Shown here: one piece after another, positions 39,060-48,771 of the stretch
How positions within the stretch are numbered: position 1 is the first letter of the stretch
Layout: the number at the start of each line of letters is the position of its first letter
Assembly: GCA_947507155.1 (NCBI GenBank)
Contig: CANNOC010000014.1
Location: 1,387 to 65,386 of the forward strand
DNA length: 64,000 bases
Reading direction: 5' to 3'
From: an uncultured Collinsella sp.
GTDB taxonomy: Bacteria; Actinomycetota; Coriobacteriia; Coriobacteriales; Coriobacteriaceae
Made by a program: the position numbers and the translations under genes
Notes under the pieces: model-generated
Told to the model about the DNA's origin: nothing
The model's input: only the letters and a program-made list of their open reading frames with translations
Databases searched by the model: none

Positions 39060-41422
39060 GGATTCTCAAGCTCTTTAAAAAGCATGTCCTGGCACTGTTC
39101 GCAGCTATCGTACTTATCGTAATCAGCTGCAACGCCGACCTGGCGCTGCCTACCTATATGAGCGACATCGTCGACGTGGGCGTGCAGCAAGGCGGCATTG
39201 CCTCGCCCGTGCCCGACACCATTCGCGCCGAATCGCTCGACGACCTCGAACTCTTTATGCGCGCCAAGGACGCCAAAGCTGTGGAGGCCGTGTTTGGCAA
39301 GGCAGACAAGAACGGCATTCGAACGTACAAGGGCACCGAGGAAGAGCGTGCCGACGGCAGCAAGATTGCCGACATTATGAGCCTGCCTGAGACCGTCGTG
39401 CTCGCCTTCAACCAGGGCATCGACGCCGACTCCATGGGCGACATGACCGGCACGTCCAGCGAGAAAGACAGCGACGCCGCTCAGGCCATGCCCACGCCCG
39501 AGCAAATGGCAGCTATGACGCCCGAGCAGCTCGCCGAGATGCAGCAGAAAGCCGCAGCCGCGCAGAACATGCAAAAGCAGATTGATGCCGACGGCGGTAA
39601 GATCACCATGAAGAGTCTGCGTCTGAGCGTTGAAGGCGGTCTGGTAGACCAAAGCAAGCTCGTCGAGGGCGCCAACGATATGGCAGACAAAATGGGCTCC
39701 ATGTCGGGCTCCATCGTGACCCAGCGCGCCGTGACCTACGTACAAGAAGAGTACAAAGCGCAGGGCATCGACCCCGCCGACGTGCAGAACGCTTACCTGA
39801 GCCGCATGGCGACCACGATGTTTGGCCTGTGCCTGGTGTCGCTCGTCGCCACCATCCTGACCGGTGCCGTGGCGTCGCGCACCGCCTGCTCCATCGCCCG
39901 CGACCTGCGCCGCGAGACCTTCAACAAGGTTATGCACTTCTCGCCGGCCGAGGTGGGCAAGTTTAGCCAGGCCTCGCTCATCACCCGCTGTACCAATGAC
40001 ATTCAGCAGATCCAGATGGCCGCAACCCTGTTTATCCGCATGTGTCTGATGGCCCCCGTCATGGGCATCGTCGCCGTCATGCGCGTCCTGGCCAACCATA
40101 CCGGCCTGGAGTGGACCATCGCCGTTGCCATCATCGCGGTCTCGGCCGTCGTCGGCGTGCTCATGGGCCTCACCATGCCCAAGTTCAAAAAGATGCAAAG
40201 TTACGTGGACCGCGTGAACCTTACCGCCCGCGAGCTGCTCGACGGCCTTATGCCTATCCGCTCGTTCAACCGCGAGGAGCATGAGCTCGAGCGTTTTGAC
40301 AAGGCTTCGCTCGACCTGATGACCACGCAGCTCTACACCAACCGAGCCATGAGCTTTATGATGCCGCTCATGATGCTCGTCATGAACTGCGTCACTGTGC
40401 TTATCGTCTGGTTTGGCGCGCAGGGCGTGTCCGACGGCGTGATGCAGGTCGGCAACATGATGGCGTTCATCTCCTACACCATGCAGATCGTCATGGCGTT
40501 TATGATCCTCACCATGGTTTCGGTCATCCTGCCCCGCGCCGAGGTCGCAGCCGAGCGCGTGGAAGAGGTCATCACCTGTCCCACGAGCATCAACGACCCT
40601 GTCTCACCCAAATTGCCTGCTGCCAGCGCGCCGCGCGGTGAGCTCACCTTCCGTGACGTGAGCTTCCAGTATCCCGATGCCCGCGCCGACGTCATTAGCG
40701 GCGTAAACTTCACCACGCACGCCGGCCAGATGCTCGGCATCATTGGTTCCACGGGCTCGGGCAAGTCCACGCTTGTACAGTTGATTCCGCGCCTGTACGA
40801 CGTCACGGGCGGCAGCATTTCGCTCGACGGCATCGACGTGCGCGACATGACCCTCTCTGAGCTGCGCCGCCGCATCGGTTATATTCCGCAGCAGGGTCGT
40901 CTGTTCTCGGGTACCGTCGAGAGCAACCTCAAGTTTGCCGGCGACATGGTGAGTGACGAGGATATGCGCCAGGCAGCACACGTCGCCCAGGCGGAGGACT
41001 TTATCGCCGAGCGCGAGGACGGATACGACTCCCCCATTAGCCAGGGCGGCTCCAATGTCTCGGGCGGTCAGCGCCAGCGTCTGGCCATCGCCCGCGCGTT
41101 GGCCAAAAAGCCCGAGGTCGTGGTGTTCGATGATTCGTTTAGCGCCCTCGACTACAAGACCGACGCGCGCCTGCGCGAAGAGCTGGCCAAAAACGTCACC
41201 GACGCCGCGCTCGTGGTCGTGGCCCAGCGCATCGCGACCATCATGCACGCCGACCAGATCATCGTGCTCGACGACGGCCACGTGGTGGGCACCGGTACGC
41301 ACGAGGAGCTGCTGCGCAGCTGCCCGGCGTACCTGGAGATCGCACAGTCGCAGCTTTCCGCCGAGGAGCTGGGGCTTACCCAAGAAGAAATTGCAGCCGT
41401 CACGGAAGGAGGCGAGCGCTAA
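39056..41422 (+). CDS. Heterodimeric ABC exporter subunit 1 (degenerate site; large extracellular insert)
   Basis: GSTGSGKST, SGGQRQR, FDDSFSALD, AQR. Confidence 0.92.
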   Translation: MRILKLFKKHVLALFAAIVLIVISCNADLALPTYMSDIVDVGVQQGGIASPVPDTIRAESLDDLELFMRAKDAKAVEAVFGKADKNGIRTYKGTEEERADGSKIADIMSLPETVVLAFNQGIDADSMGDMTGTSSEKDSDAAQAMPTPEQMAAMTPEQLAEMQQKAAAAQNMQKQIDADGGKITMKSLRLSVEGGLVDQSKLVEGANDMADKMGSMSGSIVTQRAVTYVQEEYKAQGIDPADVQNAYLSRMATTMFGLCLVSLVATILTGAVASRTACSIARDLRRETFNKVMHFSPAEVGKFSQASLITRCTNDIQQIQMAATLFIRMCLMAPVMGIVAVMRVLANHTGLEWTIAVAIIAVSAVVGVLMGLTMPKFKKMQSYVDRVNLTARELLDGLMPIRSFNREEHELERFDKASLDLMTTQLYTNRAMSFMMPLMMLVMNCVTVLIVWFGAQGVSDGVMQVGNMMAFISYTMQIVMAFMILTMVSVILPRAEVAAERVEEVITCPTSINDPVSPKLPAASAPRGELTFRDVSFQYPDARADVISGVNFTTHAGQMLGIIGSTGSGKSTLVQLIPRLYDVTGGSISLDGIDVRDMTLSELRRRIGYIPQQGRLFSGTVESNLKFAGDMVSDEDMRQAAHVAQAEDFIAEREDGYDSPISQGGSNVSGGQRQRLAIARALAKKPEVVVFDDSFSALDYKTDARLREELAKNVTDAALVVVAQRIATIMHADQIIVLDDGHVVGTGTHEELLRSCPAYLEIAQSQLSAEELGLTQEEIAAVTEGGER

Positions 41423-43278
41423 TGGCAGACGAGACCAAGACCCAAATTCCCAAGCCCACCCGTCAGCGTGGACCCATGGGCCGCATGGGTGGCATGCGCC
41501 GTGGCGAAAAGGCCAAGGACTTTAAGGGCACCATGAGGCAGCTGCTCGGCTATATCGGCCAGCACAAGATTGCCGTGTTTGCCGCCGTCGCCTTTGCCGT
41601 GTGCTCGGTCATCTTTAACATTGTGGGGCCCAAGGTGCTCGGCCAGGTTACGACCAAGCTGTTCGAAGGCCTGGTCGCCAAGGTCAACGGCACCGGCGAC
41701 GTTGACTTTGACTGGATCGCCAAGACGCTCGGCTTTTTGCTCTGCCTGTATCTGGCGAGCTCTGTCTGCAGCCTGGTCCAGGGCTGGCTCATGACCGGCG
41801 TCACGCAAAAGATCTGCTACCGCATGCGCAAGGAAATCGCCGCCAAGATTGCCGTCGTGCCGATGAGCTACTTCAACGGTCACAGCAAGGGCGATGTGCT
41901 CAGCCGCATCACCAACGACGTCGATACACTCGGCCAGTCGCTCAACCAGAGCGTGACGCAGCTTATTACGTCCGTCACGCAGATTATCGGCGTGCTCGTC
42001 ATGATGCTGTCGATCAGCCTGCCGCTCACCGGCGTCACCGTGCTCACGCTGCCGGCAGCCGCAATTATCTTGATGGTGATGATTCACTTCTCGCAGCCGT
42101 ACTTCCGCGAGCAGCAGCAGGTCCTGGGCGCCGTCAACGGCATTATCGAGGAAGACTTTGCCGGCCAGAATGTCATTCAGGTGTTCGACCGCGCCGAGGC
42201 CTCGATCGAGGAGTTCGACCGTCAAAACGACCGCCTCTTTATTAGTGGCTGGCGCTCGCAGTTCCTGTCGGGCCTGATGATGCCGCTTATGAGCCTGGTG
42301 GGCAACATGGGCTACGTGGGCGTCGTCGTGGTGGGCGCGCAGCTCGCGCTGACCGGCAATGCCACGCCCGGCGACATCCAGAGCTTTATCCAGTACGTTC
42401 GCAACTTTACGCAACCCGTACAGCAGCTGGGCAACGTGAGCAACACGATGCAGTCGATGGCCGCCGCCACCGAGCGTGTGTTTGAGTTCCTTGCCGCGCC
42501 CGAAGAGGAGCAGAAGTCCGACGCCCAGATTCCCGAGAAGCGCCCCGGCCACGTGGAGTTTGACCATGTCAAGTTTGGCTACACGCCCGACAAGACCATC
42601 ATCCACGACTTTAGCTGCGAGGCACAGCCCGGCCAAACCATCGCCATCGTCGGCCCCACCGGCGCCGGCAAGACCACGCTCATTAAGCTGCTGCAGCGCT
42701 TTTACGACGTGGACGGCGGTTCGCTGCGCGTCGAGGGCATCGACGTGCGCGATTGGGACCGCGCGGCGCTGCGCGGCGAGTTTGCCATGGTGCTACAGGA
42801 TACCTGGCTGTTTAACGGCACGATCCGCGAGAACATCCGCTACGGACGCCCCGATGCGAGCGATGCCGAGGTCGAGGCCGCTGCACGCGCCGCACGCTGC
42901 GATCACTTTATCCATACGCTCGCCGGCGGCTACGACTTTATGATCAACGAGGAGGGCACCAACCTCTCGCAGGGCCAGCGCCAGCTCGTGACCATCGCCC
43001 GTGCCATTTTGGCCGACCGCCCGGCACTGATTTTGGACGAGGCGACCTCCAACGTCGATACCCGCACCGAGGAGCTTATTCAGCGCGCCATGGATGCGCT
43101 GATGCAGGGCCGCACGAGCTTTGTCATCGCACACCGCCTGTCCACGATCCGCAACGCCGACGTGATCCTGGTGATCCGCGACGGCGACATCGTCGAAAAG
43201 GGCACGCACGACGAGCTGCTCGCCCAGGGCGGCTTCTACGCCGACCTGTACAACTCGCAGTTCGACGAGGCGGCGTAA
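41422..43278 (+). CDS. Heterodimeric ABC exporter subunit 2
   Basis: GPTGAGKT, SQGQRQL, LDEATSNVD, AHRLS. Confidence 0.92.
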   Translation: MADETKTQIPKPTRQRGPMGRMGGMRRGEKAKDFKGTMRQLLGYIGQHKIAVFAAVAFAVCSVIFNIVGPKVLGQVTTKLFEGLVAKVNGTGDVDFDWIAKTLGFLLCLYLASSVCSLVQGWLMTGVTQKICYRMRKEIAAKIAVVPMSYFNGHSKGDVLSRITNDVDTLGQSLNQSVTQLITSVTQIIGVLVMMLSISLPLTGVTVLTLPAAAIILMVMIHFSQPYFREQQQVLGAVNGIIEEDFAGQNVIQVFDRAEASIEEFDRQNDRLFISGWRSQFLSGLMMPLMSLVGNMGYVGVVVVGAQLALTGNATPGDIQSFIQYVRNFTQPVQQLGNVSNTMQSMAAATERVFEFLAAPEEEQKSDAQIPEKRPGHVEFDHVKFGYTPDKTIIHDFSCEAQPGQTIAIVGPTGAGKTTLIKLLQRFYDVDGGSLRVEGIDVRDWDRAALRGEFAMVLQDTWLFNGTIRENIRYGRPDASDAEVEAAARAARCDHFIHTLAGGYDFMINEEGTNLSQGQRQLVTIARAILADRPALILDEATSNVDTRTEELIQRAMDALMQGRTSFVIAHRLSTIRNADVILVIRDGDIVEKGTHDELLAQGGFYADLYNSQFDEAA

Positions 43279-43305
43279 AACCGGCGGCAAACAACCGCAA
43301 TGCCC

Positions 43306-43342
43306 AAAAACGGGGGCGCAGAATGAACTGCGCCCCCGTTTT
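43306..43342 (+). terminator. Terminator after the ABC operon
   Basis: AAAACGGGGGCGCAG/CTGCGCCCCCGTTTT. Confidence 0.7.
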
Positions 43343-43403
43343 GTGTCCTTTGGGCCTCGAAACGCCTTCCCTGAGACCTCATTGACGGCGCTTTCCAGAC
43401 CCC

Positions 43404-43633
43404 GTGGGCAAAAAATGGCAAATATGAGTACTGTTACTTTTTTAGTATCAGCCAAAACAGCCTCAAACGACCTCCTTGCGGCCTAGATATGCCTTCAAAT
43501 TGATCAAAACGCCCGGTAGCATGCTTCTGTGTGCCAACGTCAATGAACATATTTACTGTTGTGCCTATTATCTTGTAAGGTCGGTATGATACTAAGCTAG
43601 CAACAGTACTCATATTTGCCATTTTTTGTCCAC
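43404..43633. mobile_element. MITE-like element G, 230 bp, ~32-bp terminal inverted repeats
   Basis: GTGGGCAAAAAATGGCAAATATGAGTACTGTT vs reverse complement GTGGACAAAAAATGGCAAATATGAGTACTGTT; AT-rich interior. Confidence 0.6.
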
Positions 43634-43730
43634 AGGGCTTGGAGAACGCCAAAGACTTGCCAACGCCAGCAAGCAAACCGCGTCCCATCCCCAGTGCACC
43701 AACAAGGAGTGTCCCCAAGTGCCGCCTAGT

Positions 43731-43790
43731 AGTAGTCGTTGGGGACGTTCTTATTTGACTAGTCGTTTAAGAACGTCCCCAACGACTACT
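43731..43790. repeat. Perfect 23-bp inverted repeat
   Basis: AGTAGTCGTTGGGGACGTTCTTA-N14-TAAGAACGTCCCCAACGACTACT. Confidence 0.8.
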
Positions 43791-43812
43791 TGCCAGCAAC
43801 GGGAGCGCCGAT

Positions 43813-43971
43813 GTTCTGGCAAAGCCAGCGAGCGAGCCGCATTTGAGGCAAGGTGACGTGAAACGAAAGGGCGCTGACCTTCTGGTCGCGCCCTTGAAGT
43901 TGAACGTCAGATTGTCCAAATGCGGCCCGCGCAGCGTCGAGCCGTTACGCGGTTTGGTAAAACCGCGTAAC
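43813..43971 (-). repeat. Structured repeat family B, copy after the DAHP synthase gene
   Basis: Reverse complement aligns with 6818-6945 and 60831-60989. Confidence 0.8.
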
Positions 43972-43972
43972 T

Positions 43973-45004
43973 CTACACCCGTTCTGCGATCTCGTGGATG
44001 AGGTAGTCGGTCTTTTCCCAGCCCAGGCACGGGTCGGTGATCGACTTGCCAAAGACGCCGCCGTCGACCGGTTGGTTGCCGTCCTCCAGGTAGGACTCGA
44101 TCATAAAGCCCTTGACCAGCTTGGAGATGGACTCATTGCGGCGGCAGCTGTCGAGCACCTCCTTGCAAATGCGGTACTGCTCCAGCGGGCGCTTGCCCGA
44201 GTTGTCGTGGTTGCAGTCGATGACCGCTGCCGGATTGGCGTAGCCGGCATGCTCGGTATAGCGCTCGGCCAGGCGCTCCAGGTGCTCATAGTGGTAATTG
44301 GGGTAGGTACGACCGTCGAGACCGATGTAGCCACGCATAACGGCGTGCGCGAGCGGATTGCCGTCGCACTCGACTTCCCAGTTGCGGAAGATAAAGCTCT
44401 GGTGCGCCTGCGCGGCGTAAATGGAGTTGAGCATGACGGTGGTGGAACCGGCAGTAGGGTTCTTCATGCCCACGGGCACCGAAATGCCGCTCGATACCAG
44501 GCGATGCTCCTGGTTTTCGACCGAGCGCGCGCCCACGGCAACATAGCTCAGCAGGTCAACGAGGTACTGGTAGTTGGACGGATAGAGCATCTCGTCGGCG
44601 GTGAAGAAGCCCGTTTCCTCAATAACGCGCAGGTGCATGTGGCGGATGGCCTTAACGCCTTCGAGCAGGTCATCGGGCGCCTCGGGGTCGGGGTTGTGCA
44701 GCAGACCCTTGTAGCCGGTGCCCTTGGTGCGCGGCTTGTTGGTGTAGACGCGCGGAATGATGATGAGTTTGTCTTTGACCTCCTCGGCGGTCTTGGCCAG
44801 TCGGTTCATGTACTCAAGCACCGAATCCTCGCGGTCGGCAGAGCACGGGCCGATGATGAGCACCTTGCGCGCGTCCTCGCCGGTAAAGACCTTGGCGACC
44901 TCGGCGTCGAATGCCTGCTTTTTGGCGGTAAGCTCGGCGGAGAGCGGCATTTCCTCGCGGATCTCCATGGGGATCGGCAGCCTGCGTTTAAAATCCATGG
45001 CCAT
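43973..45004 (-). CDS. aroF: 3-deoxy-7-phosphoheptulonate (DAHP) synthase, class I
   Basis: IIGPCSAD, RVYTNKPRT, GYKG, AVGARS, VGMKN, DCNHDNS, SITDPC. Confidence 0.9.
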   Translation of the reverse strand: MAMDFKRRLPIPMEIREEMPLSAELTAKKQAFDAEVAKVFTGEDARKVLIIGPCSADREDSVLEYMNRLAKTAEEVKDKLIIIPRVYTNKPRTKGTGYKGLLHNPDPEAPDDLLEGVKAIRHMHLRVIEETGFFTADEMLYPSNYQYLVDLLSYVAVGARSVENQEHRLVSSGISVPVGMKNPTAGSTTVMLNSIYAAQAHQSFIFRNWEVECDGNPLAHAVMRGYIGLDGRTYPNYHYEHLERLAERYTEHAGYANPAAVIDCNHDNSGKRPLEQYRICKEVLDSCRRNESISKLVKGFMIESYLEDGNQPVDGGVFGKSITDPCLGWEKTDYLIHEIAERV

Positions 45005-45132
45005 GCGGGGCCTCCTTAATCAACAAAGTCTAAGCTTGAATCGTCGAATGCTCGGCATTATCCGCTGTCGCACACTAAAGTGCAAGCACGACCAACCAAA
45101 AAGGGAACGGATGACACGAGGACTTGCTTACC

Positions 45133-45200
45133 ACGAGAGTGGATAATCTCCCGTTTTCGGCCTATGTTCGCGCCAAAAGCGGGAGATTATCCACTCTCGT
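45133..45200. repeat. Palindromic repeat family E, copy 2
   Basis: 21-bp perfect arms ACGAGAGTGGATAATCTCCCG. Confidence 0.85.
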
Positions 45201-45360
45201 CGAGCAAGCGTCCGAAAATCCTCGCTCGTGACCTCTTTTACATGAAGCGCATCCTGGAGGATCACAGCCAAGACACCGGCGACGGCTTTATCGTCTACAT
45301 GTACGGAGGCGACACGCAGGATTAGCCTGTGTGCCGCCTCACGGGCTTTCTCCAAGACAG

Positions 45361-46100
45361 TCAGCAATCAGCCAAACGAGCTAATAGGGCGTGCTCTCCT
45401 CTGCAGTAGGGACATTCATCCTGCGAAGCATGATATAGATGATGACCGCGCTGGCACTGAACGGTCTCTGATAGATAACGGTCGAGCAGGCGCGCCCATG
45501 TATGCGCGTCAAGGCGCTCTTGCGCTTTGCCAAAGAGCGACCGGCGGAAAGCCTCGCCCACGAGGCTGCCGAAATCATCGAGCGTAAGAGCGTACTTGGG
45601 GACAACATATCCGATCAGCGTCCCCACAAAGGGGCTGCGCCCATTGCACACGCAGTTGTTCAGCGACGGTGCAGGCGGTATGTCGTCATCCAGGTCAAAA
45701 TAATCCAAGTCAAGTTCGCCAGAAGCGTATGGATGTATTCCGCGATTGAGCATCTTGAAGATATGGACCGCGAGTCCAAAGTCATCCGTCTGAGGTGTAA
45801 ACACCGGGGCATTCGTGGCTGCCAGGCTCTCGAAATCGCTTACGCCAGTTGTCTCCATGAGCTTGAGCACCTCCGGTGCGATATATCCTGGTGCTGCACA
45901 GGTGGTTTGGTAGCTCACATCTGAAAGTGTGAAAGCATACGAATCGGTGTCAAGTAGCATCAGGCTGCCCCTCTCCCCCACAAGGATGTTGCGAGGATTC
46001 CAGTCATCCACGGTGATGCCGATGTCATGGAGCCCCGAGGTAAGCTTGCACAGATCGCCAAGACCCAATCGAGCGCCAATGCCCCCACCGGTGCCGCGCT
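45361..46100 (-). pseudogene. C-lobe of a YegI-like protein kinase with C-terminal Cys/His cluster; N-lobe missing
   Basis: LHDIGITVDDWNPRNILV, LLDTDSY, APGYIAPE, DDFGLAVHIF, GIHPY, CQRGHHLY...CPYC; no Gly-loop or VAIK Lys; only a TTG start. Confidence 0.7.
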
Positions 46101-46442
46101 CAGAATCGGCGCGGCAGCACGCTCCATCTTGGCAAGATTTGTATAGAGCCTGGTGACCGACTGTTTGTATCCCTTGGCATAATTTGGCACCAGCAGGACT
46201 TTTTCACCATGACGGCAGTAGTGCACACCGCCTAGGAGGTGGATGAGTTCGGGGCAGTCACAACGTAGGAGCTCCACGAGCGCCTTGATGGTATCCATGC
46301 CCGCACGCGCCGAAACCTCGCAGCCCTTCTGCCCGTTGAGTACGCATTCGAGTAGCGTATCGTATGCGCGCTGGGCTTCGGGGGCCAGGTGTGCCCTGTT
46401 AAACATGCCCCCGGGTCGCACGTTTCCCTTCGAGTCGATCAT
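45960..46442 (-). pseudogene. Truncated N-terminus resembling transglutaminase-like proteins, out of frame with the kinase remnant
   Basis: ATG 46442; AQRAYDTLLECVLNG...LLRCDCPELIHL; frame degrades where the kinase frame begins. Confidence 0.5.
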
Positions 46443-46529
46443 ACAAGCCCCCAATCTGTTTGGTTTTCCCAGATTGTGAGCCCGCACACCCAAGCCGCAC
46501 GGCCCGCCGTTCAGCTGAAACCACCACAC

Positions 46530-46564
46530 AAAAAGTCCGCCGACCATTGAAGTCGGCGGACTTT
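46530..46564 (-). terminator. Terminator after agmatine deiminase 1
   Basis: AAAGTCCGCCGAC/GTCGGCGGACTTT with a T-tract on the minus strand. Confidence 0.7.
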
Positions 46565-46602
46565 CGTGTGCGGACAATCAAGCCCTGTTCACCATGGAAC
46601 TA

Positions 46603-47724
46603 CTATTTACAGCGCGCCTTGGGCTGCTGCTGGGTGATGCAGTGAATGTTGCCGCCGCCGTAAATAACCTCGCGGGTCATGATACCGATGACTTCGCGGT
46701 CCGGATAAGCAGCCTGGATATCCTTGAGCGCCTGGGCGTCGTTAGGGTCACCGAACTGCGGCACAAGCACCGCTCCGTTGATGGGCAGGAAATTGAGATA
46801 GCTCGGCTCGAAGGCGTCCTCGGGGGTACGCGGCAGCACGCCCTCGACGGGATCAATCGTGCTGGCCTCCTCTTCGGTCATATATACCGAGGTCGCAGGC
46901 ATGATTACCTTGTGGACCTTGAGTTTGCGGCCACGGGCATCCGTCGTCTCGGAAAGCGTCTTATACGCCTCCTGGCACTCCTTGTAGAACTTATGGTTGG
47001 GATCATCGGTCCACATGCAGCAGACTTCGCCGGGTGCACTAAAGCATGCGACGTCGTCCACATGACCGTTCGTTTCGTACGGATCGATACCGTCCTTGAT
47101 CCAGATAACTTTCTCGATACCGAGGTACTCAGAGAGCTTCTTCTCAATCTGCTCCTTGGTGTACTGCGGGTTGCGGTCCTCGTTGAGCAGACACATCTCG
47201 GTGGTCACGACGGTGCCTTGACCATCACAGTTGAACGAGCCGCCCTCGAGGATGTAATCCTCGGGACGATAACGGTTAACCTGCTCAAGCTGTGCCACCT
47301 GCAGGCCAATGGAAGCGTCCTTGTCCCACGGGAAGTACAGGCCGTCAATGAAACCGCCGTAAGCATTAAAGTGGAAGTGCGAAAGAGCAACCTCACCATT
47401 GTCATTAACGAGGAACGCCGGGCCAGGGTCGCGAATCCAGCTGTCGTTGTACTCCATGTGGATAACGCGCACGTTCTCAACACCGTCGAAGATCTCGCAC
47501 ACCGCGGGGAAGTCCTCGGTGTTCACGCCTACCGTGATGGGCTGAAAGCGTGCAACGGTCTTAATAATCTCGGTGAAGACCTTCTGCGCCGGCTTGGCGC
47601 CGCAGCGCCACACGTCGGAGCGGTGCGGCCACAGAATCCAGGTGCGCTCCTGCTCCTCATACTCGCCGGGCATATAGAACCCGTCCTTCTTAGGCGTGGA
47701 CTCACTCTCGTAGATAGTCTTCAT
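46603..47724 (-). CDS. aguA: Agmatine deiminase (paralog 1)
   Basis: TPKKDGFYMPGE, WIRDPGP, LEGGS, ETNGHVDD, GGGNIHCITQQ; AAGGAG RBS before 47724. Confidence 0.92.
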   Translation of the reverse strand: MKTIYESESTPKKDGFYMPGEYEEQERTWILWPHRSDVWRCGAKPAQKVFTEIIKTVARFQPITVGVNTEDFPAVCEIFDGVENVRVIHMEYNDSWIRDPGPAFLVNDNGEVALSHFHFNAYGGFIDGLYFPWDKDASIGLQVAQLEQVNRYRPEDYILEGGSFNCDGQGTVVTTEMCLLNEDRNPQYTKEQIEKKLSEYLGIEKVIWIKDGIDPYETNGHVDDVACFSAPGEVCCMWTDDPNHKFYKECQEAYKTLSETTDARGRKLKVHKVIMPATSVYMTEEEASTIDPVEGVLPRTPEDAFEPSYLNFLPINGAVLVPQFGDPNDAQALKDIQAAYPDREVIGIMTREVIYGGGNIHCITQQQPKARCK

Positions 47725-47902
47725 TTCAAGCTCCTTGATCTCGGTGCTTTTGCTTGACGAGACCATAATGCAGCCGCACCGAGATGTCCTCAATGGTCCC
47801 TCGAGCCCCTTTCAGCGACCGCCGGTATACCATTCGCTGACCTAAAGTTCTATTCAGGCCGAGAACATGACATACTGGGTTCCACAATGGAAAGGACGCC
47901 CT

Positions 47903-48706
47903 ATGCCCCCATGCAATAAACAGCAGGCTATTGAGCTGGACAGTACGACCTGGACCGCCCTCAACGAGCTCGCGCTCGCGATCCACGCATCACACGGTGT
48001 CGATATGCTGCAAAAGGAGACACTCGAGGGAACGACAGGACTCGTGCCCCATCGGGTCGCCATGTTCGACCTGATCGAGGCGGCGGGCAGCGATGCCCCA
48101 CGCTACGTCCACCCCGTAAGCAGCGGAATGGACGACCGCGCACTGAGCGACTACTACAACCGCTACGCCGCGATGGACTATACAACATGGTCCTTTGACC
48201 TACATAGGGTCGGCGTCTACCGCGACCTCGACCTCGTCGACGTCGAGCGACGCGATGCCACGCCCATCTATCGCAAATGGATGGAACCCCAGGGCGTCTA
48301 CTTTGGCTGTACGGCCACGCTCGCGCACAACGACAGCCCGCTGGGAAGCATCACCCTGTTTCGCGAACGCACGGCCGGAGACTTCACCGACACCGAGCTC
48401 GCAATCCTGCTCGAAGTCGCTCGGCACGCGAGCCTCGCGCTCGCCAACCTCTATCCTCGGGGCATTAAACTCACCCAGACCGAAGACACAAACCAGCTGA
48501 ATGCTTTCATTGCAGAACACAATATCCAACCGCGCGAAGCCGAAGTCATGCGGCTCATGCTCGACGGCAAAACAAACAAACAGATGGCAAACGAGCTATT
48601 CATAAGCGAGTCAACCGTCAAGAAGCACGTCAACGCCATCTATCGCAAGCTCGGCGTCAGCAACCGCCTGGGCCTCATGACTGCCATGCAAAACATCCCG
48701 CGATAA
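47903..48706 (+). CDS. Cytoplasmic GAF-like sensor + LuxR HTH regulator
   Basis: REAEVM...[31 protein letters not shown]; divergent from aguA1. Confidence 0.88.
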   Translation: MPPCNKQQAIELDSTTWTALNELALAIHASHGVDMLQKETLEGTTGLVPHRVAMFDLIEAAGSDAPRYVHPVSSGMDDRALSDYYNRYAAMDYTTWSFDLHRVGVYRDLDLVDVERRDATPIYRKWMEPQGVYFGCTATLAHNDSPLGSITLFRERTAGDFTDTELAILLEVARHASLALANLYPRGIKLTQTEDTNQLNAFIAEHNIQPREAEVMRLMLDGKTNKQMANELFISESTVKKHVNAIYRKLGVSNRLGLMTAMQNIPR

Positions 48707-48771
48707 AAAAGGGCGCCCTCCATGCGGAGAACGCCCTTTGATTTCGCCGTTGAATGAGAAGCGGCCCTACG

